Origin: an uncultured delta proteobacterium
GTDB taxonomy: Bacteria; Myxococcota_A; Polyangia; Polyangiales; Polyangiaceae
Assembly (NCBI GenBank): GCA_963716725.1
Contig: CAVQUB010000015.1
Location: 384,001-448,000, forward strand
DNA length: 64,000 nt
Reading direction: 5' to 3'
Shown here one piece after another: positions 30,556 through 39,646 of this stretch (positions are counted from its first letter, which is position 1; every line of letters begins with the position of its first letter). A program made the position numbers and the translations under genes. Below the pieces are notes generated by a model that was not told the DNA's origin, ran no database searches, and saw only the letters and a program-made list of their open reading frames with translations.

Positions 30556-31881
30556 TTGTCTTCCACGCTCGTATTGGGGGGCCTGGTCGCCATCGCAGTG
30601 TTGCTCTGGCTGCTCTGGGAGTGGCGGGATTCCGTGCGCGAAAAGGCGGTGCGCGCAGAAGCCGCGGACGTGGCGGGGCTGGGCGAAGTCGTGCCCACGT
30701 CTCTGCACCCGGTAATCGACCCGAATGTGTGCATGGGCTCCGGCGCTTGCGCTGCGATCTGTCCGGAGCATGGTCCTTTGGGTCTGATTGGCAACCGCGC
30801 GCTTCTCGTCAACCCACTGGGCTGCGTGGGGCACGGCGCCTGCGCAGCGGCCTGCCCGGTCAGCGCCATTCGTTTGGTATTTGGCACCAAGACCCGAGGC
30901 GTGGAGCTCCCAGAGGTCGGCCCAACATTTGAAACCAACCAACCCGGTATCTACATTGTCGGCGAGCTTGGCGGCATGGGCCTGATCCGCAATGCCGTCT
31001 CGCAAGGTTCCCGGGCCGCGCAGAGCATCGCAAGCGGCAGCGACACGGGTGTCCGCCGGGGTGTAGGGGGTGCCCTCGATGTGTTGATCGTTGGTGCAGG
31101 ACCCGCAGGGATCTCAGCGACCCTCGGCGCCATGCAGGCCAAGCTCAACACGGTGCTGGTGGATCGCGAGGCCCTGGGCGGAACCATCACGCACTACCCA
31201 CGTGCGAAAGTGGTGATGACGGGCCCCCTGGACTTTCCACTCTTCGGCCGGGTCGAGAAGAAGACCATGTCCAAGGAGGCGTTGGTCGAGCTCTGGGAAC
31301 AGATCATGGCCAAGTGCCAGCTGCCCTTGGCCACGGGGCATTTGGTGGAAAAGATCGAAGGGCAGCAAAGTGGCATGTGGCGGGTGCAGTCAGCCACGCA
31401 AAGCTGGGAAGCCGCCAACGTCGTGCTGGCGCTGGGCGTGCGCGGTTCGCCCCGCAAACTCGGCGTGCCTGGCGAAGACCTGGCCAAAGTCGCGTATCGG
31501 CTCTTGGAACCCGAACCCTTCGAAGCCAAACACGTCTTGGTCGTAGGCGGAGGCAACAGCGCCGTCGAGACGGCGATTTCACTGGCGGACTTTGGACGCT
31601 GCGCGTCTGTCGCGATCAGCTACCGCCGCGATGCATTTGCACGCTGCCGGGGCGACAATCGTCGGCGCATCGAAGCGGCCATCCAGCAGGGCAGCGTGCG
31701 CGCGCTGATGCCCTCGAACCTCACGGCTATCGAAGAGGGCCGCGTACTATGGAAGGGCCAGGACGAGGTGGTCCAGACGCTGCAAAACGACGCGGTCATC
31801 GCACAGGTCGGCGGCACGGCGCCCGCGGATCTCCTCAAGACCTTTGGCATCAACTTGGTCACGAAGTACGGCGAACGTTAG
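30556..31881 (+). CDS. Membrane-anchored ferredoxin plus FAD/NAD(P)-binding oxidoreductase (TrxR-like fold)
   Basis: AAGGAG RBS, TTG start, N-terminal TM, CMGSGACAAICP and CVGHGACAAACP, IVGAGPAG, VVGGGNSAVE and SYRR. Confidence 0.88.
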   Translation: MSSTLVLGGLVAIAVLLWLLWEWRDSVREKAVRAEAADVAGLGEVVPTSLHPVIDPNVCMGSGACAAICPEHGPLGLIGNRALLVNPLGCVGHGACAAACPVSAIRLVFGTKTRGVELPEVGPTFETNQPGIYIVGELGGMGLIRNAVSQGSRAAQSIASGSDTGVRRGVGGALDVLIVGAGPAGISATLGAMQAKLNTVLVDREALGGTITHYPRAKVVMTGPLDFPLFGRVEKKTMSKEALVELWEQIMAKCQLPLATGHLVEKIEGQQSGMWRVQSATQSWEAANVVLALGVRGSPRKLGVPGEDLAKVAYRLLEPEPFEAKHVLVVGGGNSAVETAISLADFGRCASVAISYRRDAFARCRGDNRRRIEAAIQQGSVRALMPSNLTAIEEGRVLWKGQDEVVQTLQNDAVIAQVGGTAPADLLKTFGINLVTKYGER

Positions 31882-31937
31882 CCCCGTCGCGACGAAGGGC
31901 CGCGTCTTGCTGGCAATGCTGATGCTGGCCCGGCGTG

Positions 31938-31995
31938 CTCGTGGTGGAGGCCGCTGAAAACAAGGTCTCCCTCGACCGGCTCGTGAACGCGAAGC
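31938..31995 (+). repeat. Direct repeat copy 2 (orphan fragment of the hicB 3' end)
   Basis: Translates as LVVEAAENKVSLDRLVNAK, against HicB LVMEAAENNVSLNRLVNAK. Confidence 0.9.
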
Positions 31996-32082
31996 GATGT
32001 TTCGTGCGTGCCGTGGCTGTTCTCGGCACGAAGTTGACGGTCGCCATTTGCGCGTCGCGGTCGCCGCGGCATGCACCGGACC

Positions 32083-32685
32083 ATGACACAGCCGGCCGCG
32101 GACGCCCCGAACTGGGACGCCATCACCCCCACCGTCCTCCAGGCGTGGAAGGAGACCGAGCGGCGCGGGGCGCAGCTCTTGTTCGTGATCCCGTTCTTCG
32201 GGCTGCCCCTGCTCGCAGCTGCCTACTTCGCCATCCCCGCGTCGGCGGTTCCGGCCCTCGTGGTCCTCGGCATGCTGGTGCTTTCACTCGCGTACGTGGG
32301 CGTCGGCCGCCGACGCCTGCTGACCCAGAACGTCCTCTGGATCCGAGGCGGAATCGTCGACAAGAGAATTCACCAGAGCACCGAGTCGAGCGCGCGCCAG
32401 GTCGGTCGACGCCACTACCTGACGCTCGAACCTCGCGAAGCTCGGGCCCTGACCCGCAGTGGCCAGTTCGTCGTCGCCGAGGCGCCTCGCGGCGAGCGAG
32501 CCACGACGACGGAGATCTACGATCGCGTCGGCGTTGGGGACGAGGTGTGGGCTGCCGTGATGCCCCACGACCGGGCCATCTACTTCGTCGTCGCCGCCGA
32601 CGGCGTCTTGGTGGGCGGCGACGGTGCCGCCGCTGACGCGGAGCCCGCGTCGCCGCAGGACAGTCCCAAGCCCCCGGCCACTTGA
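32083..32685 (+). CDS. Hypothetical protein with two TM helices
   Basis: Open frame with a hydrophobic hairpin and GC-rich third codon positions. Confidence 0.65.
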   Translation: MTQPAADAPNWDAITPTVLQAWKETERRGAQLLFVIPFFGLPLLAAAYFAIPASAVPALVVLGMLVLSLAYVGVGRRRLLTQNVLWIRGGIVDKRIHQSTESSARQVGRRHYLTLEPREARALTRSGQFVVAEAPRGERATTTEIYDRVGVGDEVWAAVMPHDRAIYFVVAADGVLVGGDGAAADAEPASPQDSPKPPAT

Positions 32686-32777
32686 AGTGGCTCGCCGCCA
32701 CTCGAGCCGAAGGAGGGAAGCCTTGAAGGCAGCTCATGGCGCTCCTGCTCGGAGCCGCCCGGCCTGCTGGTCCAGCA

Positions 32778-32807
32778 GTCGCGGTCGCAGTCGCGGTCGC
32801 GGTCGCA
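32778..32807. repeat. Intergenic 6-bp tandem repeat GTCGC(G/A) x5
   Basis: gtcgcg gtcgca gtcgcg gtcgcg gtcgca, between convergent genes. Confidence 0.7.
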
Positions 32808-32811
32808 AGCG

Positions 32812-34077
32812 TCACGGCACGCAGTCGAGCCGGGCCATGTACACACGGTACTGCCCCCCCACGTTCTCAGACCAGGTCGCGACCACACCTTCGCCGTCGG
32901 GCGGGCCGTACAGTGCCGTGGGCGACATGCTGTTGCCGGAGACCAGGGTGGCTTCCGCGGTCTTGGTCAGCGACTCGTCCCAGATCGACACCACCAAGTT
33001 GGGCCCGTCGCGCTGGGCGACTGCGAGCTTGTCGCCGACCGCGCCGGCGGTGAACGATGTGTTCCCGGCGCTTGCCGCCACGATCTCGACGGGGCCGACC
33101 GTCAGGCCGGTGTTCCGCTCCACCCGTGCAGCGAATACGCGGGCTCCGGTCACTACGGAGCGGCTCCAGACGGCGTAGAGCCCCGCTGGATGCGGCGCCG
33201 CGTGGACGTCGATGATGGTGTCGCCGGTGCTGAAGCCAACCAATGCGGCGTGGGGCCCGCCGGGATTCACCTCGAGCACCGTGAGTTCGGTGGGCGCGCC
33301 GCTCGAGCTCGTCTCGCAGCCCGCGGCGAGAGGGCTGCGTGAGATCGCCACCAGCCAGTGATCTTGGAAGGGCACCGCCGCTGCGCGCAGCGGTTGTCCG
33401 TTCGCGCAACCCAGCGGCTCGAGCTCGGTGGGCGTGCCCGCCGCGTCGACGAAGGTGGCGCGCACCACTTGACTCTTCGCCATCACGTCGAAGGTACCGA
33501 CCAGGTGCGCTTCGGGTCCCGTGAGCCGGCGCGACACGAACACCGGCTCGATGCCGGGCAGGGGGATCTGCGCTGGCGGCGTGCCTCCTTGTTCGGCGGC
33601 GAGCCCGCGAATGAACCGCGGGTCAGCGACCGCGCGTACGACCGCTGCCCACTCGCTGGAGCCCGAGCGTCCGACCTCGAAGCGGGAGGTCGACTCGATG
33701 CCGGGTGCGTGCATTGGCCCGAGCGCGGAGTCCTGAGGCCAGTCGTCCCAGGGCCTCAGGGTCGTGTGGCGGAGCGCGAACGTGCCTGCCGCATCCTTGC
33801 GAGCGAAGACGGCGGTGATCCGACGTCCGTCGTCGCTGGTGGGCGTGACCTGCAAGAGGTCATCCTGGCCGCTGGGGGGGACGTCTTTCGGACTCAGGAC
33901 CGTGCCGAGGGGCAGGAGGCCGAGGCACGGAGCCGTGTTCACTCCGCCACCGGTCGATGAGCCACCGGCGCCGTCGGCACTGGGGGCGAACATCCCCAAT
34001 CTCGAGCCGCAACCCAGAGCCAGGAGGCCGAGGAGTAGGTAGCGACCCAGCGATGGGAGCGTGGGCTCGCTCGACAT
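32812..34077 (-). CDS. Hypothetical lipoprotein (beta-rich)
   Basis: Lipobox LALGC and a 421-aa ORF. Confidence 0.7.
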   Translation of the reverse strand: MSSEPTLPSLGRYLLLGLLALGCGSRLGMFAPSADGAGGSSTGGGVNTAPCLGLLPLGTVLSPKDVPPSGQDDLLQVTPTSDDGRRITAVFARKDAAGTFALRHTTLRPWDDWPQDSALGPMHAPGIESTSRFEVGRSGSSEWAAVVRAVADPRFIRGLAAEQGGTPPAQIPLPGIEPVFVSRRLTGPEAHLVGTFDVMAKSQVVRATFVDAAGTPTELEPLGCANGQPLRAAAVPFQDHWLVAISRSPLAAGCETSSSGAPTELTVLEVNPGGPHAALVGFSTGDTIIDVHAAPHPAGLYAVWSRSVVTGARVFAARVERNTGLTVGPVEIVAASAGNTSFTAGAVGDKLAVAQRDGPNLVVSIWDESLTKTAEATLVSGNSMSPTALYGPPDGEGVVATWSENVGGQYRVYMARLDCVP

Positions 34078-34133
34078 GAGAGCAGGCTAACACATCGAGC
34101 GTGTTGGCTCGCCGCTCACGGCGTGTGCGAGGC

Positions 34134-34836
34134 CTACTTCGCGCGCGTTGCGACCACCTTCACACTGCAACCTCCCATGGAGAAGCCGTCGCCAGCGAAG
34201 CTGTAGGTGCCCGTGGCCGTGTCTCCGCTGATGTCGAGCTTCAGAATCGCGAGACTCCGAGCCCGTCTCGTACTGGTCGTACTCGTAGTAGTCGTGGAGG
34301 TGGAGTTTGCACCCATCTGCGGAGACGCTGGCGTCCCACTCCGACTTCAGTGATCCATTTGGACCTGGAAGCACGCTGACCTTCGAGGGGGGCCCGTTGG
34401 TGCCACACCACTCGTCGGGACCGGCGGGCTCGGCATCGATTGACCACGTGCCCAGCGGGTTGCAGCTCGAGCCCGAAGTGCAGGTGCCCGTGTCCGACTC
34501 GGACCAAGTTCCGCCGCTGCACTCGACCTCGGTCGGGGTGAAGCCGCAGGCGTCCGAGTAGTCCGCGTAGCTGCACGTCATCGCGTTGGTGCAGGGCGTG
34601 CCGACGGCGGGAGGGCTCTCGGGGCAGGCCGGCTTCGGGGTGGGGGTGGGTTTCGGCGTTGGCTTCGCGGGCATGTCGACTGGGTCCTTCGGGGGTTCCG
34701 GTGCGACCTCCAGCTCGTCGCAGCCCGCCCCGGGCGCCGGGCCCGGATCGGCGCAGCGATCGTCGTTCGTTCGTCCCGCACAACCTGCGGCCGCCGCCCC
34801 GAGAAACACCGCGAGAACCCAGAACCCTCGTCGCAT
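34134..34836 (-). CDS. Hypothetical Cys-rich lipoprotein (frameshift near 34245)
   Basis: Lipobox AAGC and CPESPPAVGTPC. The C-terminus LKLDISGDTATGTYSF...VVATRAK is in another frame. Confidence 0.6.
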
Positions 34837-34901
34837 GGCCAAGGTGATTGCAACGGTCGTGCCTCGCGGGCTGGCGCACTTTGGCACTATCTTCACCGGT
34901 C

Positions 34902-35726
34902 ATGGCGAGCTTCGAAGACGTGATGCCGACGGCTGCCGATCTGGACCTGGCGCTCCTTGGACGCAGCGTGGCCACGACGGACCGAGCCGTGGCCATCTTG
35001 GTCAGCGGTCGCGCGGTGCAGCGCTCGAGTTGGAGCGACGAGGTGGAGGTGAGTGAGACCGATTTCGATCGGCTGCTCACCGAGAAGCCACCGCCGCCCG
35101 ACGTCGACGACTTGAACGGTGCCAAGTTCCGCACCCTCGATCCGAAGTCACGCGCTGCGCAGCGCCGGCGGTGCAGCGCCTGTCAGTTCGCCCTCCAGAA
35201 CAATCGCTGCCTGCGTTGCAGCGGCACAGGTCGAGTGGCGACCAGCGGGAACGAGACCGAAAAGTGCTCGGCGTGTGACGATGGCGTCGCGCGTCCGTGC
35301 GCGGTCTGCGGCGGGACGCGTCGCTCGGTCACCGTGAAGATCGTGTTCGGCGAGGACGTCGTGCGCCACTTCGCTCACATCTTCTTGCCCGAGCTGCCGG
35401 CGCCCATGCAGGAGCCGCTGAGCCGGTTCTTCAAGTCGCGAGGGGCGGTGCCGGACGTGCTGAGCATCGATCTCGCGGACGATTTCGCCGCAGCGGACGC
35501 CTACCGCGGCCGTCGCTCGCGGGCGGAGGTGAGGGGACACCGCGCCGACTCGGCGCTGGCCCTTGCACGCACCTACGCGGAGCGCGTGACGCGCCTGCCG
35601 ACCATGGCGGCGGTGCGGGTGGCAGCCTTCGCCTGGCCCCTGGTGATCGGAAGCTACGCGGGCGACGTCGATCCCGCGTTCGTCGTGGTCAAGGACGAGC
35701 TCGGCAGCGTTTGTTTGCTGCCCTGA
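34902..35726 (+). CDS. Hypothetical protein with DnaJ-type CxxCxGxG zinc-finger repeats
   Basis: CSAC, CLRCSGTG, CSACDDG and CAVCGGT. Confidence 0.7.
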   Translation: MASFEDVMPTAADLDLALLGRSVATTDRAVAILVSGRAVQRSSWSDEVEVSETDFDRLLTEKPPPPDVDDLNGAKFRTLDPKSRAAQRRRCSACQFALQNNRCLRCSGTGRVATSGNETEKCSACDDGVARPCAVCGGTRRSVTVKIVFGEDVVRHFAHIFLPELPAPMQEPLSRFFKSRGAVPDVLSIDLADDFAAADAYRGRRSRAEVRGHRADSALALARTYAERVTRLPTMAAVRVAAFAWPLVIGSYAGDVDPAFVVVKDELGSVCLLP

Positions 35727-35733
35727 GCGGGCC

Positions 35734-37392
35734 TCAGGGCATCGGCTGGGAGCGGTTCGTCGGCCCGCCGTACATCGTCGGCCACCCCGCCTCGAAGCCG
35801 ATGCGATCGACGAGCACGAGTCGGCCCGGAGCTTGCCCCGCCTTGCCGCCGAGCCACGAGTGGTAGACGTGGACCCAGTCGCCCTTGGGTGATCGCACCA
35901 CCGAGCCGTGACCGGGGCCCGCCCAGCCGGGCTTGCTCACCACGATCGGCGCGCCGTGCTTGGTGAAGGGCCCCGTCGGCGAGACCGAACGCGCCACGCC
36001 CACCGAGTAGCTCGGGCTCGCGTAGCCGCTGCCGCTGTAGAACAAATAGTAGTAGCTGCCTTCGTGGATCATCCACTGGCCTTCGACGAGGCCGCCCTCC
36101 CAACCCAGGGTGTTGGTCAGGATGGTGGTCGCGCTGCCGGTGCGCGAGAGGCCGTCGGCGGCCAAGGGCTGGATCCGGATCGGCGTCGATTTGCCCACCG
36201 CGTTGCCGTCGACCTTCCACAGCACGTAGTGCGTGCCGCTCGGGGCCTTGAAGTAGTGGGCGTCGATCACGCCAGGTGTCGGATCTTCGACCAGCGGCTT
36301 GCCGATGTCTTGATAGGGGCCAAGCGCGCTGTTCGACCACGCCGCGCCCACCGCGAAGGCGTTGTTCTTCGACGCGCGTGCGCTGAAGTACACCACGTAT
36401 TTGCCGGCGACCTTGTGCATCTCGGGCGCCCAGAAATCGCCCGAGGCCCATTTGGGCTTGGTGCTCGAGTCGAAGACGGTGCCTTCCAGCTTCCAACTCA
36501 CGAGATCGGACGACGATCGAATGGGGTAGCCCGGTCCGCCCGAGGTGCAGACCATGTAGTACTTGGATCCGTCCTTCAGCACGCCGGGATCGGGACAGTT
36601 GGCGTTCACGACGGGGTTGGCGAAGAGCCCGCCGCACTGCGTGTGTCGAAACGCGAGGTCGCAGGAACTCGAGCCTTGAAAGTGAGGCCCCCAGCCGTTG
36701 CTGAGGCGGGCCGACGAGTCCGAGCCCGCGGCGCTGCACACGCCGTCCCAGGTCACGACGCCTGAGACGTCGTCGTGCTTGGCCGGATGGTTGGGCGCCG
36801 CGAGCCACTTGGGTCCGTAGGAAATCCGCGTGGCGCAAGCGCCGGGCGCGGGGCTGCAGGCGCCGCTCGAGTCGAGGGCAATCACGCAGCTTCGACCCTG
36901 AAAGACGGGCTTCCAGCCGTTGGAGAGGGTCGCGGACGCGTTGCCGGAAGAGTCGACGGTGCAGCTGCCGTCCCAGGTCACGACGCCCGAGACGTCGTCG
37001 AAGCTGCTGGGATGGTTGGGCGGGTGCAACCACGTGTTGCCGTAGGTGATGCGGGTCGTGCACGGCTTCGGCGTCGTGCCTCCGCTGCCGCCGCTGCCTC
37101 CTGACGAAGCGCCTCCGCTGCCGCCGCTGCCTCCTGACGAAGCGCCTCCGCTGCCGCCAGACGGTGAGCCTGCGCTGCCGCCCGTCGAGCCGCCGCCGGA
37201 CGAGCCGCCGGAGCCGGAGCTGCCGCCACCGCCCGCCCCGCCGCCGGACGAGCCGCCGGAGCCGGAGCTGCCGCCACCGCCCGCCCCGCCGCCGGACGAG
37301 CCGCCGCCGTTCGAGGGGGACGAGTCAGCGTCGTCGCTTTGCCCGCACCCCGCGAGGGCGAGCGCGACGCAGATCGAGAGCTCGAGGCGCAC
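35734..37392 (-). CDS. GH43 glycoside hydrolase lipoprotein with two N-terminal repeat domains
   Basis: Lipobox LAGC, CPDPGVL, FWAPE, VIDAH, LVEG and GPGHGSVV. Confidence 0.9.
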   Translation of the reverse strand: MRLELSICVALALAGCGQSDDADSSPSNGGGSSGGGAGGGGSSGSGGSSGGGAGGGGSSGSGGSSGGGSTGGSAGSPSGGSGGASSGGSGGSGGASSGGSGGSGGTTPKPCTTRITYGNTWLHPPNHPSSFDDVSGVVTWDGSCTVDSSGNASATLSNGWKPVFQGRSCVIALDSSGACSPAPGACATRISYGPKWLAAPNHPAKHDDVSGVVTWDGVCSAAGSDSSARLSNGWGPHFQGSSSCDLAFRHTQCGGLFANPVVNANCPDPGVLKDGSKYYMVCTSGGPGYPIRSSSDLVSWKLEGTVFDSSTKPKWASGDFWAPEMHKVAGKYVVYFSARASKNNAFAVGAAWSNSALGPYQDIGKPLVEDPTPGVIDAHYFKAPSGTHYVLWKVDGNAVGKSTPIRIQPLAADGLSRTGSATTILTNTLGWEGGLVEGQWMIHEGSYYYLFYSGSGYASPSYSVGVARSVSPTGPFTKHGAPIVVSKPGWAGPGHGSVVRSPKGDWVHVYHSWLGGKAGQAPGRLVLVDRIGFEAGWPTMYGGPTNRSQPMP

Positions 37393-37411
37393 GATCCGGA
37401 GCCTATCACGG

Positions 37412-39646
37412 CTATGGGTTGGATGACGCGGCCGCCGCGCCGATCCCCAGAGAGCTGCGGACCTTGGCGCAGCGCGCCGAGACCGAGAATGGGATCAAAT
37501 CGCGGATCCGATCCGCGGCGCTGAGTCCTCCGACCACGCGTCCATCCACGGCCAACATGCGGGCGGCCGCGGTGATGTCGCCGCAGACCAGGAGTCCGGC
37601 GCGGCACGACGCTAGCTCGATGGCTCGGATCCAGGGCTTGAGGTCGAGTCGACCGCCACGGGCCTGCAGCGCCTCCACGACGCGCTCGAGCTCGGCGCGA
37701 TGCGCGGGATCGATGCGGGCCTGCAGCCCATCGCGCAGCTGCAGGACATCGGAGGGCAGGCTCGAAGGCAGGACCTGCGCGACGCCCGCCACGAGCACCG
37801 ATCGGAGCTCGGGCATGGTCGGGTAGAACGTGACGAGGCGGCGGGTGAGGTGCTGACACGCGAGCTCGCGCCCGATGGCGAACGCGAGCTCGGGAACCGA
37901 GCGTCCGGTGAGCATCGACTTGCCGAGCAAGAGCGCAGGCTCAGGCAAGGGCAAATGCGCGATGCCGCCCGGCAGGTCCTCGGTCTTCGCGTACACATCG
38001 GGGACCGGGATGCCGAGCACCGCGCAGGCCCAGGCCACGGTACGCACGGCGGTCAGGGTCGTCTTGTCTGGATCGTGGCGCTCGGCCGAGCTGAGATCCG
38101 GCATGCGTCGGCTAGCGCGCAGCTGCTCGATTCGCAGTGCCGTCGCGGCCGGCGCTACCGCGTGCACGATGCGCGAGACGACCTCATCGTGCTCCGGCGC
38201 GTAGATCTCGGCCCAAGCCCCAGCGTCGAGGGGGGCTCGGGGGCGGGGAGTCGTCTCCGGCGCAAAGCGACGGTAGATCTCCTGTTCCTCGACGTCGGCT
38301 TCGCCGAGGTGGACGAGCACCGCGCAGGCGCAGTAGCCGCGGTCCACGTCGCCCAGGCGGTCGCAGACGCGACGCAGATCCCGAAACGTCTCGGGCCGAG
38401 TCGGGCCCCACTCGGCGGCGGTCTCGAGGCAGCGTGCGGCGAGCTCGACCTCGTTGGTGCGCTCGAGCAACGACGCCAACCGCACGCGTGCTTCGACGTT
38501 CGACGGCGCGAGTACCACCAGCTGATCGAGGGCGACGATGGCGCCCCGCATGTCGTACAGGCGGTCGGCGCGCAGGGTGGCCAGCCGATCGAGCAGGCCG
38601 GTGGCGGCGGCCGTCTCGCCGCGCTCCACCAGGCGCTCGAGCTGCCGGGTGGTGGCGCGATCGATGCCCCCGAAGTCCTCGTTTCTCAGCAGAACGGCTT
38701 CGATGGCCTCGAAGGCGCCGGGCGCCGAGGGATCGTCAGCGATGGCGGCTTCGTAGAGCGCGACGGCGCGGGGCACGTCGTTGGTGCGCCGAGCGCACAT
38801 GCCCGCGGCGGCCGTCATGGCCCGGGCCCGATCGCGCGGATTCTCGATGGTCTCGGACAGCGCCACTTTCGCGTCTACCGCGTCGCGCCAGCGACCAGCT
38901 GCCTCGAGGGCAGCTTGCAGCCGCTCGAGCAGGCGAGGATCACGTGGTCGGAGCGTGAGCGCTTGCTCGAGCGCTTCGATGGTGGCGGTCAGCGAGTCGT
39001 CCGCGATGGACGAGAGCAGATCCGCGCGTTCGGTGGCAGTCTCGACGTGACCGAGCAGGCGTCGTCCGAGGGCGGCAGAGACGGCGGCCTCGTGGGAGGC
39101 CCGCGCCAGATCGATGCGTCGACGGAGCCCCGCCTGATGGTCTGGAAAGATCGCCAGTGCTCGATCCAGGAGCGCCGACGCGGCTGCGTCCGACCCGCGC
39201 GCGGTCTCGATCTTTGCCAGGCACACCAACACCTCGGCGCGTCGCGGCCCGTGCTCCCAAGCGAGCAGCGAGTCGGCCGTGGCGTAGGCGCGGTGGGCGC
39301 GCTCCCAGTCGCCCCGATCGAAGTGCTGCGCCCCTTCGGCGATGGCGCCTTCGATGGCCGGATCTTCCACGGGCTCGATGCGGCGCACGCGTCTCGCGAG
39401 CTCCAGCGCGTCCCAGTCCCGAGCGTCGCAGCGCCCGCTTCCCGCGCGGGCAAGCACCACGAAGCCGCCTTCGCCTGGCTCGTGCTGCCCGAGCGCCTCA
39501 GCGAGTGCGCGAGTCAAGGGGTCGACTCCGGGCAGGGTCACGAGCGCTGCGCTGCCTGCGTCAACGGCTTCGCGCAGCCAGGCCGCGGGGCTGGTCTTGT
39601 AGATCGGCGGATCGAGGACGACGACGATGCGCATTGGGGAGCTCAC
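37412..39646 (-). CDS. TPR/helical-repeat protein with a myxobacterial-type C-terminal domain
   Basis: All-helical repeats (AVALYEAAIADDP) and C-terminal ELAFAIGREL...RAGLLVCGD..AA. Confidence 0.7.
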   Translation of the reverse strand: MSSPMRIVVVLDPPIYKTSPAAWLREAVDAGSAALVTLPGVDPLTRALAEALGQHEPGEGGFVVLARAGSGRCDARDWDALELARRVRRIEPVEDPAIEGAIAEGAQHFDRGDWERAHRAYATADSLLAWEHGPRRAEVLVCLAKIETARGSDAAASALLDRALAIFPDHQAGLRRRIDLARASHEAAVSAALGRRLLGHVETATERADLLSSIADDSLTATIEALEQALTLRPRDPRLLERLQAALEAAGRWRDAVDAKVALSETIENPRDRARAMTAAAGMCARRTNDVPRAVALYEAAIADDPSAPGAFEAIEAVLLRNEDFGGIDRATTRQLERLVERGETAAATGLLDRLATLRADRLYDMRGAIVALDQLVVLAPSNVEARVRLASLLERTNEVELAARCLETAAEWGPTRPETFRDLRRVCDRLGDVDRGYCACAVLVHLGEADVEEQEIYRRFAPETTPRPRAPLDAGAWAEIYAPEHDEVVSRIVHAVAPAATALRIEQLRASRRMPDLSSAERHDPDKTTLTAVRTVAWACAVLGIPVPDVYAKTEDLPGGIAHLPLPEPALLLGKSMLTGRSVPELAFAIGRELACQHLTRRLVTFYPTMPELRSVLVAGVAQVLPSSLPSDVLQLRDGLQARIDPAHRAELERVVEALQARGGRLDLKPWIRAIELASCRAGLLVCGDITAAARMLAVDGRVVGGLSAADRIRDLIPFSVSARCAKVRSSLGIGAAAASSNP

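Noticed and set aside
31935..32636. ORF beginning with HicB-like residues as a second antitoxin gene
   Set aside because: Only about 19 codons match HicB. The rest is an off-frame shadow of the 32083..32685 gene.
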